Of a DNA stretch of 64,000 nucleotides, positions 18,454 through 43,900 are shown one piece after another. Under the pieces are notes generated by a model, which made no database searches, was not told the DNA's origin, and saw only the letters and a list, made by a program, of their open reading frames with translations. Position 1 is the stretch's first letter. Every line of letters begins with the position of its first letter. The stretch is taken from positions 434,001 through 498,000 of the forward strand of contig CM035355.1 of NCBI GenBank assembly GCA_020137815.1. Direction: 5' to 3'. This stretch comes from Hormiphora californensis. Its lineage: Eukaryota > Animalia > Ctenophora. The translations under genes and the position numbers were made by a program.

Positions 18454-19727
18454 CAGAACCAATATATCCTAAAGGCTATATCTAGATCTAAGTTTAACTA
18501 AGTTACTATAGTCTCGGCTAAACACAACTGGCGTATGGAAAATAGCAAACAATTTCAGCACGAGGGCGCTGCGTAACGCGCTCAGGGGACTGAGCCGCGC
18601 CCTTCTACTCGTAGACGGAGTCAACAAAACTTCTTAGACAAATCAAACTTTCCACAAATACCAACTGAACTTATATTACTTATCATTGCAAAAAAAGAGA
18701 TATATGAAACACAAGACGACCTTACATTATTGATCCTGGTACGGAAGCCGGTATCAGGTGACTTCCGGGGCTGCTAATGGGGTCAGGGGTGACAAAGATG
18801 TACACTGTACACCCTTCCGGGTACGGAAGCTGGCTTCATGTTACCTAGATTTTCTGGACTTCACCTAAATCTCAAATGAAGTAACCGTAAAGTGAAAATT
18901 TTCTGCTTGTGTTGTTCAATGAGTTGTATGCTTATAATGTATTGATTGTACTTTTATTCCCTCTATCCCCTTCTCTCCATTTCTTTGTTCAATCTTTCAA
19001 GGGGGTCGGGGGTCCCCCTTTTTCTCCTTTTTCCCCCTCTCTCTCTTTTCCCCCTCCCCTCCCCCTCCCCCTCCCCCTCTCTCCTTCTTTTCCCTCTCTC
19101 TCCCTCTCTCCTCTCTCTCTCTCTCTCCCGTTCTTATAGTTTCTTTCTCAATAACCCATAATTACAATGCACCTATTTTCTAAACTCTATCTAAACGTTG
19201 TCTAGACCTTTCCCCCCCTTTCTCTATGTCTTTTTTTTCATTCCCCCCTTCCCCTTTCTTCCCAAATTCCCCCATCTCTCCTCTCTCTTTTTCCCCTTTT
19301 TCTTTTCCTTCTCTATCTCTATCCCCTATCCCCTGTCAGTCCTATTTTCTGGGCCCCGGTCTCTAAACATCTCTTTTCTCTTTCCCCTCTCTCTATCTCT
19401 CTCTCTCTTCTCTCTCTCTTTTTCCCCCTCTCCCCTCCCCTTCCTTTCTTCTCTCCCCCTCTCCCCCTCTCTCTTTTCCTCTCTCTCTCTTTTCCCCTCT
19501 CCCCTCTCCCCCTTTCCCCCTTCCCTTTTTCCCCAATTTTCTATTTTCCCCTTCCCCGTTCCCACCCTCTCACCCTTTAAAATTTGCCCCTTAATCACAA
19601 ACAAAAAAAACAAAATTTACCAAAAAACCCCATTTCCGTCCTGTCCAAACTCCCCGGGAAAAATCTCTTGCCCTCAGTTTACTGCTCTTTTCAGTGTCGT
19701 CATGTCATCATTTACCCCCCCCCCCCC

Positions 19728-20265
19728 CCCAACTGCAAGATCTAGATTTCTTGTCAGGCTAGATTGAGTTCATTTATCCCCGGCTTCCCAACTTCAAGAC
19801 CTATAATTCCTGGTAAACTAGCTTGTTTTCTTTCCCCCAACTTCAAGACTAGAGGACCTGACAAACTAGCTTGTGTTCATTTCTCCCTCCCCCAACTGCA
19901 AGACCTATAGAGTTCCTGGCAAACTAGTTTGTGTTCATCCCCCGCCCCTAACTTCAAAAACCTAGATCTAGAGTTCCTGGTAAAACTAGCGTGTGTTCAT
20001 TCTCTCCTCCAACTACAAGACCTAGAGAGTTCCTGGTAAACTAGCTCTTGTGTTCATTTCTCCCTCCCCCAACTGCAAGACCTAGAGGTCCTGGCAAACT
20101 AGCTTGTGTTCATTTCTTTACTTTAATTTCAAAACCTAGAGTTTCATGCAAAACTAGCTTGTGTCCATTCCCCTCTCCCAATTGCAAGACCTAGAGTTCA
20201 TGCAAAACTAGCTTGTGTTCATTTCCCTTCTCCAACTGCAAGACCTAGAGTTCATGGCAGACTAG
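19728..20265 (+). repeat. ~58-bp minisatellite, ~9 copies
   Basis: Unit CCAACTGCAAGACCTAGAGTTCCTGGCAAACTAGCTTGTGTTCATTTCTCCCTC. Confidence 0.9.
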
Positions 20266-20671
20266 AGAGAGACAGGGAGAGAAAGGGAAGAAAAAGGGAG
20301 TGAGCGAGAGAAAAGGAGAGATGGGGGTGATTGTAAAAGAGATTTACAGCATGAAATGAGAGAAAATTATAAAGGACCTATCATGATTATAATGAATGAA
20401 ACTAAAGAGAATCCTTCTCATGATCAGGGCTCAGGCTAAGCCAACTTCAAGGAGAATATAGAGCCCGGTCAGCGGATCACAGGGATAGGGGAGCGGAGAT
20501 GTGTGAGTGTACCCAATTAGATCCCAATCTCGACTTGACGGAGGGCGCGATAATTCGAGATCTCTACAGTGCTGAAATTGTATTTTATTTTCCGTACGCC
20601 AGTTGTGTTTAGGTCTCACTTTAATCACTTTATAAAAGTTACTACCTTTCTGATTGCTATCAACGTTTCAG

Positions 20672-20912
20672 ATTCGGTGACATTGAAGGAGTGTTGGAGC
20701 GGCTGCAGGTGGCCGGCTCTAGTTCCGATATAATGGCAGGTGCACCCGGTCTGAATTTCATCATAACCCTCGGCCTCTACAAAACGCTTTTACCAATGAG
20801 ACTGTCCTTGACAGGTGTGGGTACATGGAGTATTGTGAGGTATTATCGGTGTAGGAAGCAGAAGAAGATGGAGAAGCTGGCAGCAATGCAACAATACCAT
20901 CATCAACAATAA
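20672..20912 (+). CDS. FAM210: Terminal exon of a FAM210/DUF1279-like membrane protein
   Basis: tttcag|A TTC GGT...GDIEGVLERLQ...GLNFIITLGLYKTLLPMRLSLTGVGTWSIVRYYR resembles the FAM210 C-terminal pattern (F..AY..HK...P.R...T......VRY.R). Upstream exons not found, possibly lost in low-quality 18990-19730. Confidence 0.55.
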
Positions 20913-21346
20913 TTGGAGGGGAGCAATCAGGGGGAGCAATCATCAACAATAATTGAACTCTTTTGGTAGCGACCCTATTCGGTGATCGTGTTTTGGCATA
21001 GTTTAATACGCTATTTGATAAGGTATGTATTGTATGTGCTAGCAGCTATAGAGAGGGGGCTACCCGCTACCCCGAAGTGAAAAAAGACAAAACAAAAAAT
21101 AGTGTGTATGTATGGGTTTTTTTAATTTAAAATGAGAGAATAGAGATCTACCTACCATTTATAAGTCATTACTCATTAGCAGTAGTAATTAATATTATTA
21201 TTATAACCGTTTCGTATACCATCTTCTCTCGATTTACTTGTTGAAGGAAGGGTATGACGTATGTGCCCGTTATTTCTAGAGGCATGGTGTATATCGAGAG
21301 CTGGCTGATCTATATTTGTGTCACTGACAATAAAAGTTATCAAATT

Positions 21347-21470
21347 ATGTTCTTCCAATGTCTTTCATTATGTTTTGTCCCACCCAATAAGTTGCCTAAA
21401 TACCAATATACCCTGTTATAGCTGCAGAATATGGTCAGTCAAAGAGGTATTTAAGAACTCTTCTTTTGCT
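21347..21470 (+). pseudogene. Orphan duplicate of the upstream region and first exon of the 24067 kinase
   Basis: Near-identical to 23985-24149 (TTCTTCCAATGTCTTTCATTATG...CAGAATATGGTCAGT...AAGAGGTA...TTCTTTTGCT) but lacks ~35 nt of exon 1; no further kinase exons follow. Confidence 0.65.
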
Positions 21471-21807
21471 CATAGTGATGGTCCTAACTTAGCTTAGGAC
21501 GGTCTGTATGTACGGGTTTCGATACCGTTTCTCCACATAACAAGCGGCCGCGTTAGGACAACACAAATTTACTACTAATATCTGAGTTATTAACTATTAA
21601 GTCGAAATTTGCTTGATGCCAAATAATGTTCAAGTAAGGACCATTTATTGAATACGAAAACGTATTTATCGCCCTTGTCAGAAAGGAGGGGATGTGCAAT
21701 GAGTCTCTAGATCGCTCTCTCTCTCTCGCGAGGAGAGAGAGAGATAGAAGAGAGAGAGAGGGGGAGAGAGAGAGAGAAGAGAGGAGAGGAGAGAGCGGTA
21801 AGAGAGT

Positions 21808-21844
<37 letters not shown>

Positions 21845-21985
21845 AGTAGAGAGAGAGCGATGGGAGAAGAGAGAGAGAGAGAGAGCGTAGAGACAGAGAG
21901 AAGGGAGGAGAGGGAGACAGTAAGAGAGAGAGATGAGAGAAGAGATGAGAGAGAGAGAGATAGCGAGCTCTCTAATCTCTCTCTC

Positions 21986-22127
<142 letters not shown>

Positions 22128-23050
22128 CAACACACTGTGGTACATCACTGGACCACAATCCATCCTCCTGACAAGTCATTGTTGCATTTCCCACAAGGTT
22201 ATAGTTGGCAACACATTCGATAGTGGCAGTTGTCCCTATTGGTGAGTCAGTCCAGTTTCCTTGTGTTGATCCCTCAACGGTAAAGGCAAGACAGTCGACT
22301 GGTAAAGAATTGTGTGTTAGGTGATTATATGTTATGGAAAGCTTGGGTAGACGTTGTAGTTGAAATAGCTTGCGTGATATAAAACTAAAACCACGTGCTG
22401 TGCAGTACTTTAATAAGTAATACACCTTGATTTATACCCTCACCTGCTTTGTAGAAGTCAGACGCTGTGTCAACAAAATAATCTCCATTATCCTCAAATG
22501 ATATCTGCTCCACAACATCACCATCCCACCTTGTAACACAGTAGCTATCTGAACTATCTGCGAACAGGTAGTTCACCAATTCCATATTGTTACATGTGAT
22601 GATCATGGCGGTCTCTGTTTTGGCGATCGTCCAAATTTTTTCAACCTCTACCGGGGGTTGCACTGGCAGGTCTACGAAGCCGGGGGTGCACAAGTTTATC
22701 ATATACTGCATTGGGGAGGAGAACAGCACATACACAACGCTGATCCAACTGCTGTCATTGCCGTACAAATTCACATTGGTCAACTCATCACTGCCTAGGG
22801 TAGAGTTCGTCTTTATCTGGAGAGGTGTTCCCTCCAGATCCCAGGGTATCTTTACATTCAGCTCTACAGCTGTCCAGTCTGAAATACAATAAATATACTA
22901 TGAACCACTAAACATAATTATGTACACAAATAATACATAAAGATAATTATGTACATTTGTCGTGATATTATCATGATTATGTGACGAACCTGTGAGAACA
23001 ACTGTTCCACACAATGCAGCTGTGGAGAGAAGGATCAGGAGACGTTTCAT
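22128..23050 (-). CDS. Secreted/cell-surface protein: signal peptide + ~145-aa lineage-specific domain + Sushi/CCP domain (3' end unresolved)
   Basis: Exons 22990-23050 (MKRLLILLSTAALCGTVVLT), 22444-22878 (DWTAVELNVKIPWDLEGTPLQIKT...DTASDFYKA), 22128-22298 (C...ATIECVANYNLVGNATMTCQEDGLWSSDVPQC); all introns phase 1. Confidence 0.85.
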
Positions 23051-23359
23051 GTTAACACACTTGATAGAAGAGGGTGTTACAATACTGGGGTAAGGGGTTA
23101 ACTTACGGCTTCCAAAGAGCTAAAAATTTTGCAAAGTCTAACACGGTACTCAGAAATTTAAGAAGAAGAGTACTCAGTACGGCTAAGGACTAAGTCTAAT
23201 GGGAAGGAAATCTCAAACCAGGGAGAGGCAAAGATATAAGGAGGAAGCGAGATTTAGCTTGTTGTACTGCACTGGGAACTCTAAAAGGACATGATTATTT
23301 GCATTATAATGTTAAAACATAACGCTGAATTTCCATGGGCAGGGACAAATCATTGCAAC

Positions 23360-23430
23360 GAGTCAGCCAATGGCGTGCTAGAATGAACAGCCTGTTCCTC
23401 ACGTGACAGATTTTCAGCCAATGGGAGAAG
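23360..23430. promoter_or_regulatory. Candidate promoter elements between divergently transcribed genes
   Basis: Two CAGCCAATG (CCAAT) boxes and a CACGTG E-box between the ATGs at 23050(-) and 24067(+); motif-level evidence only. Confidence 0.3.
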
Positions 23431-23837
23431 GCTGCGATCATTCGTTAACAGTGAACAGAGTCTAGCCCAAGGAGATAAGAGGAATTGAAGAGAGGGAGAT
23501 ACTAGATAGTAGACTAGATATTAGACTAGCTAGTAGACTAGATAGTAGACCTAGTAGGGAGCTAATGGGACTCAGCTGACCTTACTTAGTTTGGGGAATC
23601 GGGTGAAATAATTGCACGTAGAGATGGATATGGATGTACAAAATGCAAACAGAAAATGGAAACGAACGATTCAGGAATTTCCAAGTTATCTAACAATATC
23701 TAATGAAAACTGTTTCGAAGGCACTGCTTACGAACTTTATAAATCAGGTACCCAGTCTTTCGTCTTATTCCAGTGCCCAGACTATCCCGGATCCCCTCTC
23801 TTTCTTGCATCAAACTTCTGACCTGCAAATCTGGCTC

Positions 23838-23882
23838 TCCACTACACGCACCACTCCATGTGGCAGTGGTGCGTGTAGTGGA
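23838..23882. repeat. Perfect 18-bp-stem hairpin
   Basis: TCCACTACACGCACCACT-ccatgtggc-AGTGGTGCGTGTAGTGGA. Confidence 0.85.
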
Positions 23883-24066
23883 CCGAGAGAGAGAGAGAGA
23901 CAGAGAGAGAGACAGAGAGAGAGAGAGATATGGATATAAGTAGAGAGAGAAAGAGAGAGAGAAAATAGACAATTATCAAATGATGTTCTTCCAATGTCTT
24001 TCATTATGTTTTGTCCCACCCAATAAGTAACCTAAATACCAATATACCCTGTTATAGCTACAGAAT

Positions 24067-25592
24067 ATGGTCAGTACTAATGGAGCCCCGCTTGCCCCCA
24101 GACCAGCTGTTGAAGAGGTAAGGACTAGTTCTAGAGTTCTTCTTTTGCTGGTCTCAAGTGGTAGTGATTTTAGAAAGTTGGCAATTTCTAATATCTATTA
24201 GGCACTAAGAGATAAAGTTCACGAGATTAAAATCCCGAACATGCCTGAAGCCCCGATAATCTACCACTTGCCGAAGTCACTTGAGAGGTGGAGGGTGGTC
24301 GGTCATGGTTCGTTTGGTACTGTTTTTCATTATGAGGATAAGGAGTTTTCAGGACTTGATTTGGCCATCAAGACATTCGAAGTTGTTCATCTCCGTAAGT
24401 AGATTGTAGAATATTGTAGAAGATGTCTTTACCTCAACATTTCACAAACAACAAGCAGATGCCCATGATGATATCAAGCCGGACACATTTGGAAGTCTAA
24501 AACTGTAGCTTTTAGAGTATGCTTTTAAATCTAGATTCCGGCTTGGAATTAGGCTAAGAGTCCGTTAGACTTAGAGTCCACCAGCCCATGGTATAATAAT
24601 AATACATCATTGATCAGTTGACTATGAAGGAGAGAAGAAGGAGATTGAGGACATGATACGAGACAGTTTGTACCACAATAATATCATCAGACACTACACA
24701 TCTCTAGAGCTGGAGGTTACCTGTGGAACAAACCCAGGGTAGGTTACTGGTGGGGGGGGGGGGGGCGGCTGAAATTTTTGAAGTTTGAAGTTTTCCACCC
24801 TACTTTTTGAGTTTTTGAAGTTTTTGAAGTTGACTTCAAAAACTCTAAACTACTTTTATATGCTATCAGTGACTTTTATTACACTTGTTTAGGTTAGTTT
24901 CATGCTTAATACATATTGTGGCAAAGTTATCCGTCCTTGTCTGCCCTTTTTCTAGCACAAATTAGGATATTTACAATGATTCCTAGCCATGAAATCCAAG
25001 GCACAATTTGGTGTAAAAAATTTAATTTTCTTGTAAAAACAAATTTAATTTTCATTCTCAAAAACTCAAAAAATTGCCTAGAAATTGCTAAGAAAGTGTT
25101 TAAAAATTATGAATTAAATTTTCAAAAAATTTTTTTGGGGCCACACCCATTTTTCGAGTTTCACAAAATGAAAATTTTTTATGAAGGGAGTAGTGAATCA
25201 GCGGCCTCGAGTTAGTGGGGGTACGTGCCAAAATGAACTCTCCACCTCATCTAATTCGAGGGATAATGGGATATTTTCATAATTTTGTGTGTGCGCATTA
25301 CTTTTTTTGGGCTAGACCAGTTTTGATGGTTTCTGGGTGCCTATAGGATTTTTAAAGGGGTGTATCTTGTTCGGAATATGCAAGTTTATACATATATTAT
25401 GTATAAGAGTTATGAAGCAACATAGGGCCTATCTCCAACGGTTTAGGAGATATGAGTTTTTGAAGTTTTTGAAGTTTTCCACCCTAGGTTATACAGCCTC
25501 GAGCATAAGACGAGAGAAGCTGAGAGAGAAGAGAGAGAGAGAGAGAACGCTCGAGAGATAGAGAGGAGCTCCATCTCCTCTGCTACTCACTC

Positions 25593-25662
<70 letters not shown>

Positions 25663-26747
25663 CCTCCCTCACTCTCTCACACACACTTCTTTACCCCGCA
25701 GGAAAGTATTTTGTATCTTTATGGACCATGTTCGAGGGGGAACTCTTCAAAACAGGATAAGGACTCAGGGCCTTCCTGGTCTACCACCCGACACCATCAA
25801 AGATTTCGCCTTCCAAATTCTCAGTGGTCTAGCATTCATGCACAGTAATCGAATAATCCACAGGTATAGTTATTATAATACCATGCGTACTACTTACATC
25901 AATAACTTATAGAACGAGGTCTTGGCCCGAAAGTTGTACATTGTACAACAGCTCAGGCGTAACATAATTGCACTGAGTCACATTGCACTGAGTCACATTG
26001 CAATGTGACACAGTGCATTGAGTGAAATTGATGTAGTACTGTTAGTGAATTAGGGCATCTTAGTAAACGATGGGTTGACGTGACACAATATAGACAACAC
26101 CATTATTACAGGGATCTAAAGGATAACAATATCCTGATAACGCAAGACAATGTCTTGAAAATAGCAGACTTTGGGATCTCCAAATCTTTCACGCCTAACA
26201 ATTCATCTTGTTACCTCAGCCAGGTACGAAACAGTTTTTCCTTTATTGTCTGTCAGAGCATTGGCCGGACACTGACGTCTGACAGTTTATTGTCGCACAA
26301 GATGTTAGTTGTTTTCTCATTGGTTACGAAATAACCCCTCACTTCTCAGACTATAGATCAGGGGTAATTCTGTAAATTTGATTTGTACAACTCTGCTAAT
26401 GGCTAATCCCTCCTCCCCACCAGGAGTGTGGAAATGTGTTTTGGAGAGCCCCAGAACTCATGAAGGGAGAGGGAGGGGGCCGAAGAGCTGACGTGTGGTC
26501 CCTGGGTCTCCTAGTTTACAAAATGGCCACAGGGGACCACCTGTTTGATTGTGAGCGGCCAGAACTAGCTCTAGCGATCAGAGATTTGAAACCGGAGGAT
26601 ATTGATCTTAACCTAAGGGAATGTGATACGGCAAGTGATCTGACACGACTCGTTAAGCTTTGTCTGAAACAAGACCCAGAAGATCGGCCTTACTCCTTTG
26701 ATTTGATTAAGGATGATATGTTTTCTCACCAAAGAGGACTTGACTAG
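24067..26747 (+). CDS. Divergent Ser/Thr protein kinase (STE/MAP3K-like), 320 aa, 6 exons
   Basis: Exons 24067-24117, 24202-24394 (GHGSFG, AIK), 24618-24738 (KKEIE, HNNII), 25702-25863 (IFMDHVRGG...IIHR), 26112-26223 (DLKDNN, DFG), 26424-26747 (WRAPE, DVWSLG, PEDRP); phases consistent, total 963 nt. Confidence 0.9.
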
Positions 26748-27919
26748 TTTTACAGTGTTTTTGTATCGGACCATGAACAATTTGTTGCTTTTTAACGAAT
26801 TAATCTGTGTACATTGTTATCTCCTGCTGATTGACATATTATCCCTATCTTGATTCCCCTGAGCTATTATAATACAGGGGATCTCCTGACTGATACTTTC
26901 ACCTTGATCTACTGAACCCTCACCGAAAATACAACTTCCACCAAATCCCAACTACTAATTTTGATATGCTTTGTTGGTTTTGTAGCGTGTGTGAATTTCT
27001 TTTCATCATTGTTAAACCGTTTTTCTATTTGGAAAATTTTAATTTTGTACCGAATTTATATGCTTGTTTCAATTTTGTCCTTGTTTATTCCCCTCACGCC
27101 GCACTCCCTTCATTTCCTCATCTTTTTGTCAACAATCTTTTAGGGTGTAAAAAACTTTAATGTTAATGGTCACTGAGAGGTCAGTGTGGACAATTCCGAC
27201 TAGGAGAACTTCTTCCTGATGACATTGATGCACTACACAGACGATTCGGCCCGGTGCGGAGTGGGTAGTCTTTTGTGGGATAAGGTGTAGATAAGATAAG
27301 ATAAGATAAGATGTGATTCTGCTGAGAGGTGATGGTTCCAGATCGACAGGTTAGTAGCGCGCGGGTAACAGTTTTTGGATTTTGTTGCGCTGAATTATAA
27401 TATTCGGCGTGATCACGTGATATACAAACACCTACTACTCAGCTCACGGTTTATAAAGTGTTGTATTTAACCCTCCTTTCGGCTTTCTTAAGTAACATGC
27501 TCTGCATAAACTGATTGGTGGGTGGCCTTGCTACGGCGGAGTGGAGGACGTGCTGGGGCGCCTAATAAGCGTGTTCAGTGCGGCCTCTACTACTTTCGGG
27601 CAGGTCGTCCTCCAGACGCAGCAATCACAAACAAACAAACAAAACCCTCCTTTATCATATACAATATCCTATTGAGAAATGATCGAGCAACTCATGTACG
27701 GTTGTTTTACAGATACCAAGGAACTACTGCAATAATATCTAGACAGTCTAGTAGACTAGATGAAGCTGTCATACCAATACCAAGATGAGCCATGATAGCT
27801 GTCAAAGCATTGGCCTGACAGCATGACAGGGAAGTGAATCACCGACCCTAAACTCTACCTTAGTTTGTTTCCAGGTATGTGTTTATTGTAATGGCAGATA
27901 AAGTTTTCAAAACATCTCT

Positions 27920-28135
27920 GGCAGGCCGAGGGCTCCGGTAAGCCTTGCTTTGCCCGCGAAGCGGGCAAGCCCCCTATGTGAGGGGATCGCCCTACGGGCG
28001 CGCGAACATGGGGGGCGCGACGTGCCCAAAGCCTTGCTCCATTGCAACCTATTCTCGCTCCGCGAAGAATGTATGTGAGATCGATCTCGGTCGCTGTGCG
28101 ACCTCGATCTCACTCAGGCATCAATGTGGCCAACG
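27920..28135 (-). mobile_element. Hairpin-rich interspersed repeat; longer copy at 38886-39450
   Basis: 28073-28135 is the reverse complement of 38886-38947 and 28030-28070 of ~39405-39445; contains GCGAAGC-type mini-hairpins. Confidence 0.7.
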
Positions 28136-28672
28136 GTAAGCCTAGTATATATATATATATAGTTGAAGAATGCACCACTTGTAAGGGACAGTTACAAAAT
28201 TTGAAACTGATGTCAGTTTCAATTTTGCAACTATACCAGTTACAAAATTTGAAACTGATGTCAGTTTCAATTTTGCAACTGGAGCGTAAGTGTAGATAAG
28301 GAATCATCTGACGCTTTTTCAGGGGGTTGAATGAACTGCATCAATTGGGTATCTTATCATGTATTGTATTGGTATTAGTAATATCATGGGATCTTCTTGC
28401 TCGAGTTTCCTGGTTGGTGGTGCCACTTTGTTGAGTAACAATTGTCTCACTGATGTAACGCCATGTAATTAGGAGATTTTGCATTTCCGTTCCTCTCGTA
28501 ATCAAGAATATGAGAGGTAGAGAAGAAGAAAGAGAGACAGGGAGAATTTTAAAGAAAGAGAGATAGGGAGAATTTTAAAGAAAGAGAGACAGGGTGAATT
28601 TTAAAGAAAGAGAGACAGGGAGAAGATTAAAGGAAATGGAAAAGCGCTTTAGATTGTTGAACTGACGATTAA

Positions 28673-41610
<12,938 letters not shown>

Positions 41611-42438
41611 CTGGGTTCACAATATGGGCACCCATTTCAAGCTGCAGGAAGGGATATGAGAGAGAAATTGTTGACTACTTGAAGGTAACACAACAAAGGC
41701 CCGTGGCCATGAAAGAACTAAATCCTGCACTGTGAGATAGGTAAGAAGTGACCGGGTAACAATTTATGTGAGAGAAGTGAAACAGTGAGTTGTGACATCG
41801 GAAGCTGGGAGCAGAATGGATGATCTGAGCAAGTAAACAATTTTCCATTGAGACCCTGGGCCCCAAAATGTGACCATACATGTGTGTGCGTGTGCAGAGA
41901 TGTGATAATGTTGTGATTTTTGTGCAATTTGTGCCCAGATGTGAGAACAATTTAAGATTTTTGGTGGTTTTTAAAACCCGACTATTATTTTTTGTTTGGT
42001 AGTCACTACGGTAGTGCGCTCAGATCGCCGCCGACCCTATTTGAAAACTGTGTCTGGCGAGGCCAGACAGATATGGTCCGTTGAGGATGGAACAGATCCA
42101 ATCATTCATTTATTTTCAGAGTGAGAGCGGAAACACATTTATAATACGTGCAGTACTGATTGAGTGTTCTTACCGGGACACCATGGCCATTCATCAGGGT
42201 GAAGCATTGTGAACTCCCTTATTGTACTACGTATATCGGGGGAAGTTAATCAGTCAATTGGGGTCCCAGTCTACGATATTAGTATAATAACTGAAGTAAA
42301 CGGTATAGTTGCTTGTGGGCTTGCCTCTAGACGCCAGTAAATGAAGAATAATTGTGTGTGAAAGAATATCTATACCTCGACCAAAACGCGGAGTTTTTAC
42401 GTCAGCCGACCCGAAACCGGATTAAATTTTGCCACCCG

Positions 42439-43098
42439 TTGGTGACATAGACACCGTGCGCGACCAAGATTGAGCTCACAGTCACACACAGGTGTCTGCT
42501 CCGCCTCAAAAAGGGTCGTTTCTTTCAAGGGATGTTGCACGCGATCCACTGGACCGATTTGCATCCGGTTTGTCGCAAAAGACTACAAATGATCCTAATA
42601 TACTGGAAAATACCCGAGAAGTTTGTCTGTCAACAGGAAGTGGGTCAAAATTGACACTGAAGTCAAACCTATAATCTGGCTTCCGAGAGTTTCTGCACTA
42701 CACCCATGCGATTTAGAAGATATTGGGAGATATTTTGATGCAATTAACATCAGCTATTAATGCCGGGTATTTTCCAGTACTCACAAGAGTTCAACCTATC
42801 TTCTGATACCCTCAGATTCATTCTACACCGTCTAGGAGTGGTGCAAAAAGGCTCGGAAGCCAGATTATAGATTTGACTTCAGTGTCAATTTTGACCCACT
42901 TCCTGTTGACAGACAAACTTCTCGGGTATTTTCCAGTACACTAGGACCAATTTGTAGTCTTTTGCAACAAACCGGATGCAAATCGGTCCAGTGGATCACG
43001 TGCAATTTGGCTTGAAAGACACGACCCTTTTTTAGGGGGCGGAGCGGACACCTATGTGCGAGCTCGATCTCGCACGCACTAGGTGTCAATGTCACCAA
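42439..43098. mobile_element. 660-bp Mutator-like (9-bp TSD) MITE with long internal inverted arms
   Basis: Termini TTGGTGACAT/ATGTCACCAA; TSD TGCCACCCG at 42430-42438 and 43099-43107; arms ~42490-42688 and 42851-43052. Confidence 0.9.
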
Positions 43099-43109
43099 TG
43101 CCACCCGCT

Positions 43110-43637
43110 GGTCTCAGGGCCTCCAAATATGTCAAAATATGTCTGAATTGTCATTTGGGGTCATTTAGACCTTTTAATTACATGTAATTTACCTTTAATT
43201 ACATGTAATTACATTTTAATTACATGTTATTACTTCCAATTACATTCCAATTACTTCAGCACCTCGAGAGCTTTCGAACGCACCCTAGAACACCTTTCTA
43301 CTCCTTCTAATTGCCGAGTTCTGTATACCCCTTATTTTGACTGTTTTTCGCGTCCTACCCCTTATAGGTTTGGGTATGGCCATCGCCACACCCCCTATAC
43401 GTCGCGGGACCTCGAGACCTTTCCAACGAGCCATAGAACACCTCTCTACTACTTCAGGGGGCTTCAAAACTTTCACTCTAAAAATATCTATGGTTTTATG
43501 GTTATGGTTTTTTTCATCTGGTATTAAGGGCCTGTCGGCTCGGCCCCGTTGTTTTAGTTTTAGGGGGGATGTTTTAGGGGGGATGGGTTGAGTTTGGGTT
43601 ATATTCGGGTCGGGGGGCCTTGCCAGGCCCCGAATAG
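43110..43637. mobile_element. Interspersed repeat with a terminal GC hairpin (Helitron/Helentron-like non-autonomous element)
   Basis: TCGGGGGCCTTGCCAGGCCCCGAA hairpin at ~43610-43633, short internal repeats (TTTAATTACATGTAATT; TTTTAGGGGGGATG). Class assignment is inference. Confidence 0.45.
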
Positions 43638-43900
43638 AAAGGTGGTGTGAAGGTTGTGACGCATGATATCACAGCAAGGCATCCCATCTCAAGTTGGTTG
43701 TTGAGTAGCTATGAGGGTCATGTTCCGCCCGGTACGCACTTTCCTTTTGACAAATCCAAATTTGCCTTAGATTTTTGTAACATTTTTTAATATCTAGTCA
43801 ACAAAGTTGCTGTACCGGCCTAATAGTAATTAACAACAGTGGTTGTAGGGAAATATGTGTAAAACAAAAGTCACTTCTTGATACTTGTCAGGAAAGTATC

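Noticed and set aside
27165-27312. Possible LINE 3' end with (GATAA)n tail
   Set aside because: No recognisable ORF2 motif upstream; only the pentamer repeat is certain.
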